Below are positions 11,201-22,689 of a stretch of 64,000 nt of DNA, piece by piece; position 1 is the first letter of the stretch, and each line of letters starts with the position of its first letter. The position numbers were made by a program, and so were the translations under genes. The stretch covers positions 37,991,703 to 38,055,702 of the forward strand of contig CP154954.1 of the NCBI GenBank assembly GCA_039621445.1. The letters run 5' to 3'. The DNA is from Euglena gracilis (Eukaryota). The notes under the pieces were generated by a model. That model did not search any database, was not told the origin of the DNA, and worked only from the letters and a program-made list of their open reading frames with translations.

Positions 11201-14200
11201 GCATGCAATCCCCTGACACACTTCACCATCATTTTGAGCATAAAACCTCCAGTGCCTCTCGCACTTGAGCTTGCACATTTTCGCACATGTCGAAGAATTT
11301 AATTTTGGTGCCGTGGCAAATTGTCCATCAAATTGTCCTCCATGCCCCACTGATGTTTAAGACCCTGCGACATCCACAAAACAACAAAAATGCATATGGA
11401 CGGTGAACACACTCGTTCACACTGAAGAATGGAAATGGGGGGGGGAGCGCTAAGCAGAAAGCAATGGTAAGCAAATGTCATTTCCAGATGCTCACTTTGG
11501 AAAATGTGCAATTATTTAACCCTCCCCTCTAATCGAAGCACGGATGCGCTTATAGCGGACCGTCGACTCCGGTGGTGGTGCGCTTCTATTTGGACCCTAC
11601 CCGCGCGATTTTTGTTGATTTCCTCTGGAAGTCCCATCAAAATGGGGGGTGTGCTTGTAGTGGCGCTGCCTTTGGCGGCGTGGGCGCGCTTTTGTTTGGA
11701 CCCTGCGCTTGTACGCCCCCGCGCTTCTATTAGGGGGGGTTTATCCAAAATGGAGCATTTCTGGTGGAAAAAAATTGTTGTATCCTTCTAAAAATTTTCA
11801 ATGTTTTCTTGAATGGCAAGTGCGGCCCTTTTGTCGGGGTGGCGCTATTTTGTTGCTTATGCCGCCACGCATGCCCCCATGCACTGGGAAAAAAAAAAAT
11901 GCAATGACAAAAGAACCACAGGGGAACAAAAAATTTTTTGTTTAGGTTTTTCATTTTTTTTTTTTTTTGTTGCATTTGCCAAAAAATTATTTCAATTTTG
12001 ACAAACGAGCAAATTTGGCAGTTCCCATTTTGCTGGTTTAATTGTCCATTCAGGGTCCAATTTATACCAAAGTTTTCGGCAATTTACCACAATTTTCATG
12101 TTCTCAAAATTACAAAAAACCTGTTTTTGGACTTTTTGTTTTTTTAAAAAAAGGCACATATGGCATAAAGTGGAGCCCCCACACTTAAGTGTGGGGTACT
12201 GTGGGGGGTATGTGTGGGGGGGTGTGTGGGGGGGGTGGGGGGGGGGGGTGTGGGGGGGTGGGGGGGGATGGGGGGGGGGGTGGGGGGGTAGGGTGTGTGG
12301 GGGGGTGTGGGGGGGGGGTGTGGGGGGATGTGTGGGGGGGGGTGTGGGGGGGTGTGTGGGGGGGTGGGGGGGGGGGGGGTGGTGGGGGGGTGTGTGGGGG
12401 GGTGTTGGGGGGGTACTGTGGGGGGGTAGTGTGGGGGGGTGTGTGGGGGGGGTGTGGGGGGTGGGGGGGGTGTGTGGGGGGGGGGGGGTGTGCGGGGGGG
12501 GTGTTGGGGGGGGGGTGTGGGCGGTGTGGGGGGTGTGTGGGGGGTGTGGGGGGTGTGTGGGGGGGTGTGTGGGGGGGCAGGGGGGGGGGGGTGAGTGGGG
12601 TGTGTGGGGGTGCCAAATCTGAGGAAAATGGATTTTCTTTCCGTTGCCTTGCACACAACAGGGATAATGTTATTTTGGTTTTGGGGGGTGGTCGGGGGGG
12701 GGGGGCCCCCCCCCCCGGGCCGCGGCCGAAGGCCGCGGCGCGACGAGGCCGAAGGCCGAGTAAGTCAAAAAAATGACACCCTAACAGTCGCGCATTCAAC
12801 TTGGGTTTCAAAAAAGAATCAGGCTGTTGCTCACCCACGGTACTGTAATCCAACAAAGTGGATTTTCTTTCCGTTGCCTTGCACACACAAGGGATAATGT
12901 TATTTTGGTTCTGGGGGGGGGGTCCGGGGGGGGCGGGCCCCCCCCCCGGGCCGCGGCCCCAGGCCGCGGTGCGCCGAGGCCGAAGGCCGAGTAAGTCAAA
13001 AAAATGACACCCGAAGAGTTGCGCACAGTCAACATGGGGGTGTGTGTGTGGGGGGGGGTGTGGGGGGGGGTGTGGGGGGGTGTGTGTGGGGGGGGGGGGG
13101 GGGGGGGTGGGGGGGGGGGGTGTGTGGGGGGGGGGGGGTGGGGGGGGGTGTGGGGGGGGGTGGGTGGGGGGGTGTGGGGGGGGGGTGTGGGGGGGGTGTG
13201 TGTGGGGTGGGGTGGTGGGGGGGTGTGTGGGGGGGGTGTGTGTGTGGGGGTTTGTGGGGGGTTGTGTGGGGGTGGTGTGGGGGTGTGGGGGGGTGTGTGG
13301 GGGGGTGTGTGGGGGGGTGTGTGGGGGGGTGTGTGGGGGGGTGTGTGGGGGGATGTGTGGGGGGGTGTGTGGGGGGGTGTGTGGGGGGGCAGTGTGGGGG
13401 GGGGTGTGTGGGGGGGTGTGTGGGGTACTGTGGGGTACTGTGGGGTACTGTGGGGTACTGTGGGGGCTCCACTTTACGCCATGTCTCAAAAAAGGTGAAT
13501 AACAACCCATAATATTGAAAAATGACCAATTTTTTCCAAGTCCCCTCCATCAGAAGTGTACAAATCCCCAAAACCGCAATATCTACATTTTTTCACAATT
13601 TATCTGCAATTCTTCCAATTGCCTCCAACCTCCATTCACCCTGGCAAAGGTTCCAAACATGCCTGCTCAGGCATCTTAACCCAGGGTTCGATAAAAGGAC
13701 TGTATACAGGGTTTGGGTGGGTGGGGTGTCCCCCCCCCCCCGACCGGAGGGGGGTCTGGACCCCCCATCTGTCAAGGAGGTGTGGACCGACCCCCGGGGC
13801 GACCCCTCCAAAGAGGTCAAATTTTTCCTTTCGACGCAAAGCACAGGATTTTTTTTGCATTTTGACTTTTTTTTGCCTGAAAAGTGCCCAATGGCACTTT
13901 TGGCTGTTTTGGGGGAAAAAGTTTCCGCCCGGCGCTTTGCGCCGGGCTGAAAATCAGTCACCCAGACCGCGCCACTGTTTAGGTGGGGGGGGGTCCACCC
14001 ACTCTCGAAAACCCACCCGCCCACCCCCTGGGGGGTCACACAGGTGTTGTTAAGTGACTCAATTTATACCCAGGACGTGGGGATAAAAGCAGGGAGATAG
14101 GGCAGGTTTCAAACTAAGGGCAGGTTGGGGTGGGTCGGATTGCGACATGGATCCAGTTTTTGCCTGGCCAAAGGCCGGGCCGGGAAAATTTTTCCAGCGT

Positions 14201-17200
14201 TTTTGGCAGGATTTTGGGTGGGTGGGTGGGTGGGTGATTGACTCCCACCCAAAAAAAAGTGGGTGGGTGGGTTTGGGCCTGTGAAAATGTGCCTCCCCTC
14301 CATGGTCACTAAGTAAATCTATGGTCCCAGGGTACCACATCGCATCCTGATTGTGCAATTGGGTTTTTTGGGAGCCAAGCGTTGTCATTTTTAAAATATG
14401 TCGATTTGCGCAAATGCGAACATTGACAAATAAAAATTCCTTAATTGTGAGATACACTTAAGGTCCAATTGCCTACCATTGAAGATAATTCTGCCAAAAT
14501 ACACCCAGGCAAAGTTGAGAAAGAGAATTGTTGGGCTGCACGTTTTTGGTTGTAATTTTTCTGCTTGGTCAAAACAACCAGGTCGAAACAGCGGGGCTGA
14601 AGAGGAGCATTCTGTTGTACCTCAGTTATCTGGTGCTGACAGACTGCTTAACTCTGGAACTGGATTTTTAATTTTAATTAGATTTAATTGGAATGCGAGC
14701 TGATTTAAGGGGGGTGACGGTAAAGGGTTGATGAGCAGAACGATTGATATAATTTATCTGCCTACCCCCCCCCCCCAAATGACATCCCCGGGGGGTTTGC
14801 CTTTGGTGCATTTTGGAATATTGGTATATTTTGGGTACATTTTTTCAACCTCAAAAATGAACATTTTTTGCATAATTTTTGAATTTCACTCATTTTTACA
14901 CTTTATTCCACGTTGATATTGCCTCAAGTTTGGTGTAACAGTCATTTTTGCCAAAATATGCTGCTCGTGGAGGATATTTTTTTTTTCAACTTTCTTCTTT
15001 GCTTTCTTTGGGGTGATGCAGGGGGCCGTATTGTTTTGAGCAGCCGAAGTCCTGGGCCAGGGGGGAGGGCATATTTTTGGGGTATATAACTTGGGGGGTT
15101 TATATGTAAACTCCCCATTTGGGCGGTCTTGTACACTCGCCTAGAAGTTTGCTGGAGGTTAGCATAGTGCAAGGCTGAGTCAGGATTGTTTGTTTGTTGC
15201 TGATGATGAGGACAAAAGTGACGTTGAACAAGGAATCACAAAATGTGTGTCGAACACCTGAATAATTTTCTGGCCTCAGTTTCCCTCCACGCCATGTGCA
15301 TGGCAGAAATCTATGTTGTGGAAATTGTCCACAATCTTGTTAATCAAACACATCTCTGCTTTGTATTGGTCTGTTTCCCCCAAAGTCAAATGCACATTCT
15401 GCAACCACTCCAAGTGTTTTGAACCGATTGCACCAGGACCTGCGAAGGTTCACATCATCCAGATTTGGCACAAATAAGGATGCTTTCTTGGCCCTGAACA
15501 CTTCTCGTTCTGGTGTGCCTCTCGGCCCAACCAAAATGCATGGAAAGGTGTTGGAAGACCTCTTCCCCTCCTGGTGGGGATGTATCCAGCCTTCCGCCAG
15601 CCACCAGCCACTGGCCTCTGATAATGCAAACCCTTAGTCATTGCCCCCCCTGCTGGGGTGGGGGTGAATGAGTGTGTTTATATATATGTATATATGCATA
15701 TATATGTATATATAGTGATTGACTGGATTTTGGCCCAAACTCCCACCTTCCCTGAGGTTCGGCAAGAAAGGCACCAAAGTGACCAGGCGCCTAAGGCACG
15801 CTAAATAATTTTTGGTCCATTTTCTCCACATTTGTGGTCAATTCCTTTGGATTCCAGAGTGGAGACCCCCCCCCCCCCGGGGCCGGGGTGACTGACTGGT
15901 TTTCTGGAAAAAAGTGGCTGACTGGTTTAGAAAGAATGGAATCCAGGCTCAGCAAAAAAGATGCATGCCTCTGATCCAGTGGTGCAATACTTTTCCAGCT
16001 CAACTTGCTGGTTTTTTTAAAAAAAAATAACTGAAACCTTCGGAAGGTAAAAGGCAACAATAAGGCAGAAAGAAGACAAGCAAATCAGATTTTTTTTTGG
16101 CAAAGCTGACTCCCCAGATTCTTCTGAATCTTAAAATGTCAACGTTTTCCAACATCATTTTGGAGAATTGAGAGTGATGCTCACCGATCTACGTCCCATA
16201 ATTTACAGCAAAATTGTTGACAAGTTTTGGCAAACAGGTCTGGCAGCTCCTCGGGGGATCTGCAGTGGCCATTCGCTTGTTCTATCTCATCCCCGCTCGT
16301 TCTAGCAAGTCTGGTTTTCAGAACAACTTGGGCTCATCATCATCAGCATCATCATCCTGGCACAGTTGTCTGAAAAATGATTTAAACCTCCCAAATATTA
16401 ACAACAGCTTGTTAAGTGTTGCTCACTTACGAGGCATAGTTTTAAAGCAGAATATTGTAGATTTGTCAGGCATTTTCAGGCATTTTCAAACTTTTCAAAG
16501 GCATTTAAGGTATTTTTTTTTTTGCATTTTTTAAGGCATTTTCTGGAAATCGAATCGATGCCAATCAAAGTTAAAAAGTTGAAAATTTTATTTAGGTGGA
16601 TTGATGATCCTGAGGTGGATAGACCAGCGATGCCAGAAATAATTTTTCCCCCTGAAGTTTGCCTGCTTTTGCCGAGATTTTGTGATTTCATCTTTCCTCT
16701 GCATCATGATGAATTTCTCAAGGCATTTAAATGCATTTTTGGCCAAAAAATGTAGGGCATATTTCAAGGCATTTTATTTAGAATGCCAGAGTGACACTTA
16801 GGATTTTGGCCGGTTTGGGTGCATGTGCGAGTGAACTTACGACGTGCCCAAATGCTTCAATTTCCCATGTTCGAAACACTGTGCCGGACACCACCCTCGG
16901 ACGTGTTACCCATGGCTACAGTGTCTCGGGGTTTGAACCTCGAGAAGTGCATCCAATGACATGGTTTTGTCACGTTACAGGGGTTGTCATGGCTCGTGTT
17001 TGAAACCTCGGCTGGCAAAAATGAAATCAGGAAATCACCCATCTCTCTCTTGGGGTTGAAGCGAATTTCTGCTGGTCGATATCGACCCCAGTGGTCGGCC
17101 CGACCAAGTGACGCCGACCTTGTCAGGGACCCCAGGATTGTCACCCCCAGGAACCTGCTCGGAGCCCTAGTCGCGAGCGAATATCGTCTGCAACCACAAA

Positions 17201-20200
17201 AAAATCCATGGCTGATTTCCCGCAATGAGCCGATCGACACTAACAGTTGCAACATGGGAGGCTTGCTTTGGCGGCTGAGGGCCATGCGTCCAACGCAGAA
17301 GAGGAGCTTTCAGTGGCCGGGCAAGACAAGTGCAAGACATGGGGTGTGCTGTGCAAGGTGCCGAGGTGACAGGTGTGGGAGGTTTCACTGCCGCAGGAGA
17401 ATGGCTGGGGAGGGCCATTTTGGACATGGACATGGCAGTGGGGTCAGTGGTCAGTGTGCGACAGCGCTGGATGACGCCAGTCACCCTTTACGGCCCCAAT
17501 TTTGGAACCCCTGGCAAAAAGCACAAAGCAAAGAGGCAGACACTGTCCCCAGTCACAGCACTGGGCAGCTGAGTCAAAATGAAAATAGCCTCGTTACACT
17601 GCTTTTATGCTGGGATGTCTGACTAATTTCAAGCACACATTCCTGAAATGTCGTCTCTCAATCAACCACTGCACAATACCATTTCAGGGCGAAGGGCAAC
17701 CCACACCCAAACCCTTTGGCATCAGTTGGCGTGTGTACCTGTTTGCGCGAGAAGATACGCGATCCCTGCCATATTACAGATCCTGGCATGCACTGATGGA
17801 CGCATCTGCGCGCGTTTGGGAAAACAGATGAAGACACCCCCAGCCGCAGCAGGATAAGCCGAGTGTGGGAAGCAGGGTAAGCCAAGGGAACCAAGAGTGT
17901 GGGACGTTTTCAGTGTGCAGCTCAATCAGGTTTAACACTCCTGTGTAACACGTTTTCAGAAATGCGAGCTTTCCCAGAGACCCCCCAATCGTGTGCACAT
18001 GTGCACGACCCCGGCCACCAAAGACCTCTCTTCGTGGCCAACGCCAATTTTTCAATGACGGCTTTGTCTGTTTGAAAGCACCTCAGCACCACAAATTTCA
18101 GTCATTAACCCCTCTGACAAATTTCAGTCATTAACCAATGTGTACATGAGTCCATGTGTCCTCCCCAACTGCCCTGTGGCACCTGATGGATGCTCGCAGT
18201 TGCCGTAACCAGAAAAATACTCCTTTCTGCCGCGACCACCAAGGAATTTTTTTGCGACTGGCTGCATCCCGGCCGCATCCCATTGTTTGTTGTGCGCCAC
18301 ATATGCACCATGGCACGAGCGCTGTGTGTCGATGCACCAGCACACTGCAGTGATGCAAGGCCCCACAATGTCATCCGGGTTTTTTGAGGTTGGACCTGGA
18401 GGGGGGGCTGTTGTTAAACCACCAATTTGGTTGTTTCTCCAACCCAAAATTGATTCTAGGGAGCTTTTTTCAAATAATATTGATTCTCTCAGCGGGGAGA
18501 AAGGCTTCAGCATAAATTTTCATTTAAGTAACAGATATAAAAAAAATTTAAAATTTTCAATGATAGTTTCTCTTGCCGTCACAGTGTTTCTCTTTAAATT
18601 ATTTTCAGAAGGTTTTTTTTGAAAGTTTGTGTTATTTGTGTTTGGCAAAAGTGAAAAGTGAGAATAAACAGTTGCAAATATAATTTGCTTTTTCGAAAAA
18701 AAATTGAATGCAAAAGTTAACTTCTCGAAGAATCAATTCCCTCAATAACAATTTACCGAAATTTTTCTGCAATTTTGTCAATCTGTCAAAAGCATGAATA
18801 ATCATCCATGATTAAATACATTCATATTTTTCAGGTACCTGTTCCATCACCATTTCTTTCAACAGCGAAACAGAGAAGCAGGAATTGAAAATAATTTTTG
18901 AGTTCATTTTTTGAAAAAATGTCGATCATTTTGACGTTTTCGGCCATTTTGACGTTTTCATGACGTCCATCATGACGGTTTCGGCCATTTTCGGCCGAAA
19001 TCGGCTGCGCCGGCGTTCCAAAAACGAGCGCTCTGCCCCGGCTAGAGGTCGGCGATCCTTTACCTAACTGTTGCGAAGGGCGGCGGGCGGATAGCCGCAA
19101 TTTTGCCCGCGGTGGGCGTGCGTAAAACGCAGCCGTTATCGCCCGGGAAGTTTTGACGATGATTTCAAGGGTGTCCCATACGGGGGTTTTTTTAGTGGGG
19201 GCCCCCGGGGGGGGGGGGTGGGGGGGGGGGTTCCGGCCGAGCCCCCCCCCCCTTCGGGGGGACCCCCGGAGGGGGGTGGGATATACTTTTCGGCGCCGCA
19301 GGCGCCGAAAAATGCTATTTTTAGCACTTTTCGCGATTTTTCGGCCATTTTTTGTGGGTCCCCCGGCCCCCCCCCCGGGGGCCCCCCCAGGGGGTGGGTG
19401 GGTGGGGGGACCCCCCCCCCGGTCTTAAAAAAACCCCTGGTCCCATAACAACCCAACAGGGCGTCGCTTAAGGACCCTCCCAGAGAGGAGTCCTCCAGGT
19501 CCTTCAGGCCTGGAAATTTGGACTGGCTGAAAAAAAGCTGTTGGGTGACCCCCCCCCCCATGCAGACCCTCTGCCCATGTTGGAGGCCGTCGCTGAAACT
19601 TTGTCCAGGCGATGTCCACATGTGCGCAACCATTTTAGGCTATTTTCTATTTGCTTTTGTTTTGGGGGCTATTTTTGGCCATTTTTTGATTTTTTTTGGC
19701 AAATTTGGCTCACGTTGGGTTATTCTGAGCCACAGTCATTTTGGATCAATGTTGGCCTTTTTGGTAATTTTTGGTCACTGTTGGCCAAAAATTTTGGGGG
19801 GGCAATCAGCTGTCATTTTGGTCATTTAGGCCATTTTCCATCGCAGTGTCCTCCAGGTTTGCGGAAAATGACCGAAAATGGCCAGTCAAAACTGTCCTAA
19901 AAAGTTCTCAAAACTGGTCTATAATGGCACCAAAACGTCCCTAACTGGTGGCGAATGGTCCAAGAACAGCTGATTGTGGCCAGTTATGGGCAGAAATGGT
20001 CCCAAAATGACCCAAAATGGGTTGATATGATTTGAACATTTCCAAATATGGTCCAATTTTTTTGAAAAGTCGCATATTTCCGCATATTTTCCCGCATATT
20101 TAGCCCATATTCCAGCGTATTTTAGCGCATATTTGGGGGCCGTTTGCCGTTTTGTGCTTATCCCCCCCGGTTAAACCTGGTTGAATTTCTTTGGATGAAG

Positions 20201-20488
20201 GGGAAATTTGGGCGTTTTTTGAAAAATGTCAATCAGCGTCATCTGATGGTTTTTGGATTTCATTTTTTGTTGATCTTTGTTGATGGGTGTGCTGGTTTTG
20301 CCAAATGCGCATGCCTATCAGGAGCGATAACAAAGAGCGAGTTTGGATTAGCATTAGCTAAAGCATCAGATGTGAAGCTCACTGAGGACAAAGTCAATCA
20401 GCTGTTTGAGGTCTATGACAGCAACAACGATGGGCTGGTGCAGTTCACTGAATTCGTCAAAGCCATGAACAAGGTGCAAGTACAGTAA
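2096..20488 (+). CDS. Multi-EF-hand calcium-binding protein, 5'-partial spliced gene model (exons 2096-2229, 2665-2733, 6692-6785, 7690-7780, 8889-8959, 15386-15512, 20322-20488)
   Basis: Phase-compatible exons join into one ORF: ELDLLIDAFDSNKDGKVSYLEF...LHRALEQRFQTVQEAFIHLDKNRSGLISAQELIGVLHNNNVRVNWEDIQLLVDYFDTNKDGLISFQEF...RFGTNKDAFLALNTSRSGAITKSEF...FEVYDSNNDGLVQFTEFVKAMNKVQVQ*. It has five EF-hand loops with calmodulin-like spacing. Confidence 0.85.
2665..2733 (+). CDS. EF-hand gene exon (IPTVHKVPDNEVRLNLLLQSLH)
   Basis: Polypyrimidine tract plus ccacag| acceptor and |gtcagc donor; phase 2/2, compatible with its neighbours. Confidence 0.8.
2832..3445. mobile_element. hAT-like MITE (TIR CAGGGCAGAA)
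   Basis: Terminal inverted repeats; degenerate 8-bp flanks (CCGGGGGT/CTGGGGAT); homologous copy at about 27768-28430. Confidence 0.7.
3983..4146. repeat. 10-bp tandem repeat GGCGATGCTG
   Basis: Directly visible; the same unit recurs at 5628-5690. Confidence 0.9.
4518..4946. repeat. 18-bp minisatellite GATGCAGATGCTGGACAA
   Basis: More than 20 degenerate units; gives a DADAGQ-repeat open frame. Confidence 0.9.
5110..5580. repeat. 10-bp-period A-tract repeat (AAAAGTGGTC/AAAAAGCAGC)
   Basis: Directly visible. Confidence 0.85.
6692..6785 (+). CDS. EF-hand gene exon (ALEQRFQTVQEAFIHLDKNRSGLISAQELIG)
   Basis: ttttctcag| acceptor in phase 2; EF loop DKNRSGLISAQE; no GT donor at the end (followed by a non-canonical intron). 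Confidence 0.9.
6786..7689 (+). other. Nonconventional (non-GT-AG, euglenid-type) intron
   Basis: Ends are C|ATTCATGG...CCATGTTATT|G. A perfect 13-bp inverted repeat (6789-6801 with 7672-7684) pairs +4..+6 with -8..-6. Removing the intron restores calmodulin-like EF-hand spacing. Confidence 0.85.
7690..7780 (+). CDS. EF-hand gene exon (VLHNNNVRVNWEDIQLLVDYFDTNKDGLIS)
   Basis: EF loop DTNKDGLIS. No AG acceptor and no GT donor; an in-frame TGA follows if unspliced. Confidence 0.8.
8889..8959 (+). CDS. EF-hand gene exon (FQEFVRLVHGRSKSHPGIKPTSVP)
   Basis: Completes the loop begun in the previous exon (IS-FQEF); |gttgca donor in phase 0. The 5' boundary is uncertain. Confidence 0.7.
9297..9914 (-). 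mobile_element. ~620-bp non-autonomous element, inverted copy of 24201-24820
   Basis: Near-identical to the reverse complement of 24201-24820; internal GGGGGTGTTATTT repeats. Confidence 0.8.
12161..13481. mobile_element. TIR element with G/T-rich strand-asymmetric interior
   Basis: 21-bp TIR TGGCRTAAAGTGGAGCCCCCA; two long G-tracts; internal ~150-bp duplication (12629-12781 and 12859-13011). Confidence 0.75.
15386..15512 (+). CDS. EF-hand gene exon (SNAHSATTPSVLNRLHQDLRRFTSSRFGTNKDAFLALNTSRSG)
   Basis: tttcccccaaag| acceptor and |gtgtgc donor in phase 1; joins the next exon to form the loop NTSRSGAITKSE. Confidence 0.85.
19181..19439. mobile_element. hAT-like MITE
   Basis: TIR CGGGGGTTTTTTTA/TAAAAAAACCCCTG with a perfect 8-bp TSD GTCCCATA (19173-19180 and 19440-19447). 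Confidence 0.85.
20322..20488 (+). CDS. EF-hand gene terminal exon (AITKSEF...DSNNDGLVQFTE...VQ*)
   Basis: tatcag| acceptor in phase 1; canonical EF loop; TAA stop at 20486-20488. Confidence 0.9.
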
Positions 20489-21082
20489 TTGGTGCGACAT
20501 TGTCAAGCAGCACCCAGTGTGCATGTTCATTGTATGGCAATCATTTTGTTCGAAATATGCCGTTTCAAGGGATTTGACAATTTCCCGCCTTGTTTGATTT
20601 CCTTCACAGGTGGCAAGGGGTGGTCAAAGTTCCAGGCCAGGGGTTTTTCATTTGAAAGGTTTTGTATTTGTTGTTTGTAAGGGATGTTAGTTCTTTTTAT
20701 TTATTTATTTATTTTTTCTCCCTTGCCCTCCACTTCCATTCAATATTAAAGTTCATGATGTATTCCAAACCTCAGTATGGATTTCATGATGATGCTTCCA
20801 ATAAATGAATGATGAGGTGTTCATGCAACCAGTGACACAAAGAACCTGCAGCCATCAAAAGAACACAGAACAGGAATTACAAAAGGAGGAGGATAAAAAG
20901 GTCGTGATAAAAAAAACTGCTTTGATGCAAGAAAAAAATCGAAAGCGACAAAGTGCATATTGGTCCAGGCAAATATTTGGTCAAACAAGCCCAATACCCA
21001 TTTCACATCAGAAATTGAATTTGGGTGGAAAGAATACAAAAAAAATTTAAAATAAAATATTTTCCGCGAGTGGGGTTTTTCT

Positions 21083-21312
21083 GGGGTTAATGTTGAAGAA
21101 TAGGGTTAGGGTTAAATTTAGTGTCAGGGTTAGGGTTCGGAAATCGGGTTAGGGTTCAAGGAGAATGATGCAGTTTGGCCCAATTTTGGCCCAGTTTAGA
21201 CCTTGATGTCGGCCTTTATCGAGACCCAAATTTCTGCCTGATTTCACCCGAACCTTTTCCCCAAACCCTAACCCTAACCCTAATCCAAATCCTCACTCTT
21301 GCCCAAATCCGA
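21083..21312. repeat. Inverted interstitial telomere-like repeats (TTAGGG...CCCTAA)
   Basis: TTAGGG units at 21101-21157 and (CCCTAA)3 at 21266-21283. Confidence 0.65.
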
Positions 21313-22689
21313 AATTCAACGGAAAGGTGCGCATTGGGGCGCAAAAATGCAAAAATGGAGTTGGTAACAAAGTTGGACCCCCACCCACCGGTTAAACTAC
21401 TGCGTATCCTCTTTCCTAGCGCCACGTCAAGTTTTCTGAAATTGTTTTTTTTTAAAGAAACTCCCCCACCAATGACAAATATATGGTTCTATATTTGGCC
21501 AAATAAAGAGAAACCAATCGTCAGAAATTTCTTCCACCCCAAAGTCACTGTACAGCCATAAACCCGCCCGTCCCACCATAACCCCGCCCATCCAGCTATA
21601 ACCAGGTTTTGCGTAGTGCTGAGCTCTGAACGTGTGCGATGGTGCCATGCCGCATTTGTTTGGGGCATGTGGTGGCCAGGGCGGCCCAACCCGGCAGCCC
21701 GTCGGCCTGGCCCGGCCCCGGACTTTTTTGACGTGAAAATGACCCAGAACGCATGGGTTTTGGGTCGAAAATGGGGCCCCGGGGGGGGGGTCGAAAAAAA
21801 CTCATTTTTGCTTGGAAACAGTCTTTCCGGGTCTGGGAGGCCAAAAAAACATTGTTTTGGGGTTTTTTCCCCCGACTTTTTTGACCTAAAAATGGCCAAA
21901 AATGGCTGAAGTCAAAATAGGCCAAAATTGTACAAAATGGCCAAAATTGGCCAAAAAAAATGGGCCGAAACTTGGGCTGGGCGAGAAGTTACGGGGAAAT
22001 CAAAATACTGTTAGACAGGGCATTTTTAGGGCTCCAATTGGGTCTCCGGTCATTTCCTTTGATTCCACACCATTTTTTAAAAAAATCAGCAAAATCGATA
22101 TTTTTTTTTGGCCCAGAAATCGGCCAGAAAGGATGAGTTGGAAGCCTGCCGCGCTGTTCTGGTTGACGATCAGCAAATGTTTCCCTGGAGGCCCTCTATC
22201 CCCCCCCCCTGAACGCCGTTTTTTTTTTGGCTGCCAACACGCCCGGCCCGCAGGGATGGAAGGGAAGCCCTTCGGTATTGAGGTAGTTGGTAGGGGGGTC
22301 CCGACCCCCCCCCCCTCCTAGATGTTGGGAGGGGGGTCCGGACCCCCTCCACCCTCCTTGATGGGTGCCAAAAATAGCAGAAAATTTTCTTCCGGCGCGC
22401 AGAATGAGCAAAAACGCCCCTTTTGCTGACTTTTGGACATATTGTCCATTTTTGGATGTGTTGGTGTTTTCCCCCCCAAAAAATGTTCAGAAATTTCAAA
22501 AAATGACATTTTTTGGATCAATTTTCAAAGAAAAATCAGGGATTTTTGACCGATTTGGACCCCATTTCCGGCCCTTTGCCTGTCCATCATGAAATCGAAA
22601 AATTTTCGGCCTCCCCTCAGTTTCAAGGTAGGAGGGGGGGTCGGGTCTGCCCCCCCCCCCCTCCGTGTTGAGAGGGCAGGTCCGACCAC

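Noticed and set aside
11992-13571. Long Pro/His/Thr- and Gly/Val-rich ORFs
   Set aside because: These are translation artefacts of stop-free G-tracts.
14452-14640. Candidate extra exons (TLKVQLPTIED..., GRNSGAEEEH...)
   Set aside because: Their phases do not cleanly fit 8959 to 15386, which join directly. Unsupported without RNA data.
16860-17020. Repeated GTTYGAA B-box-like motifs (tRNA or SINE)
   Set aside because: No cloverleaf or A-box spacing could be built.
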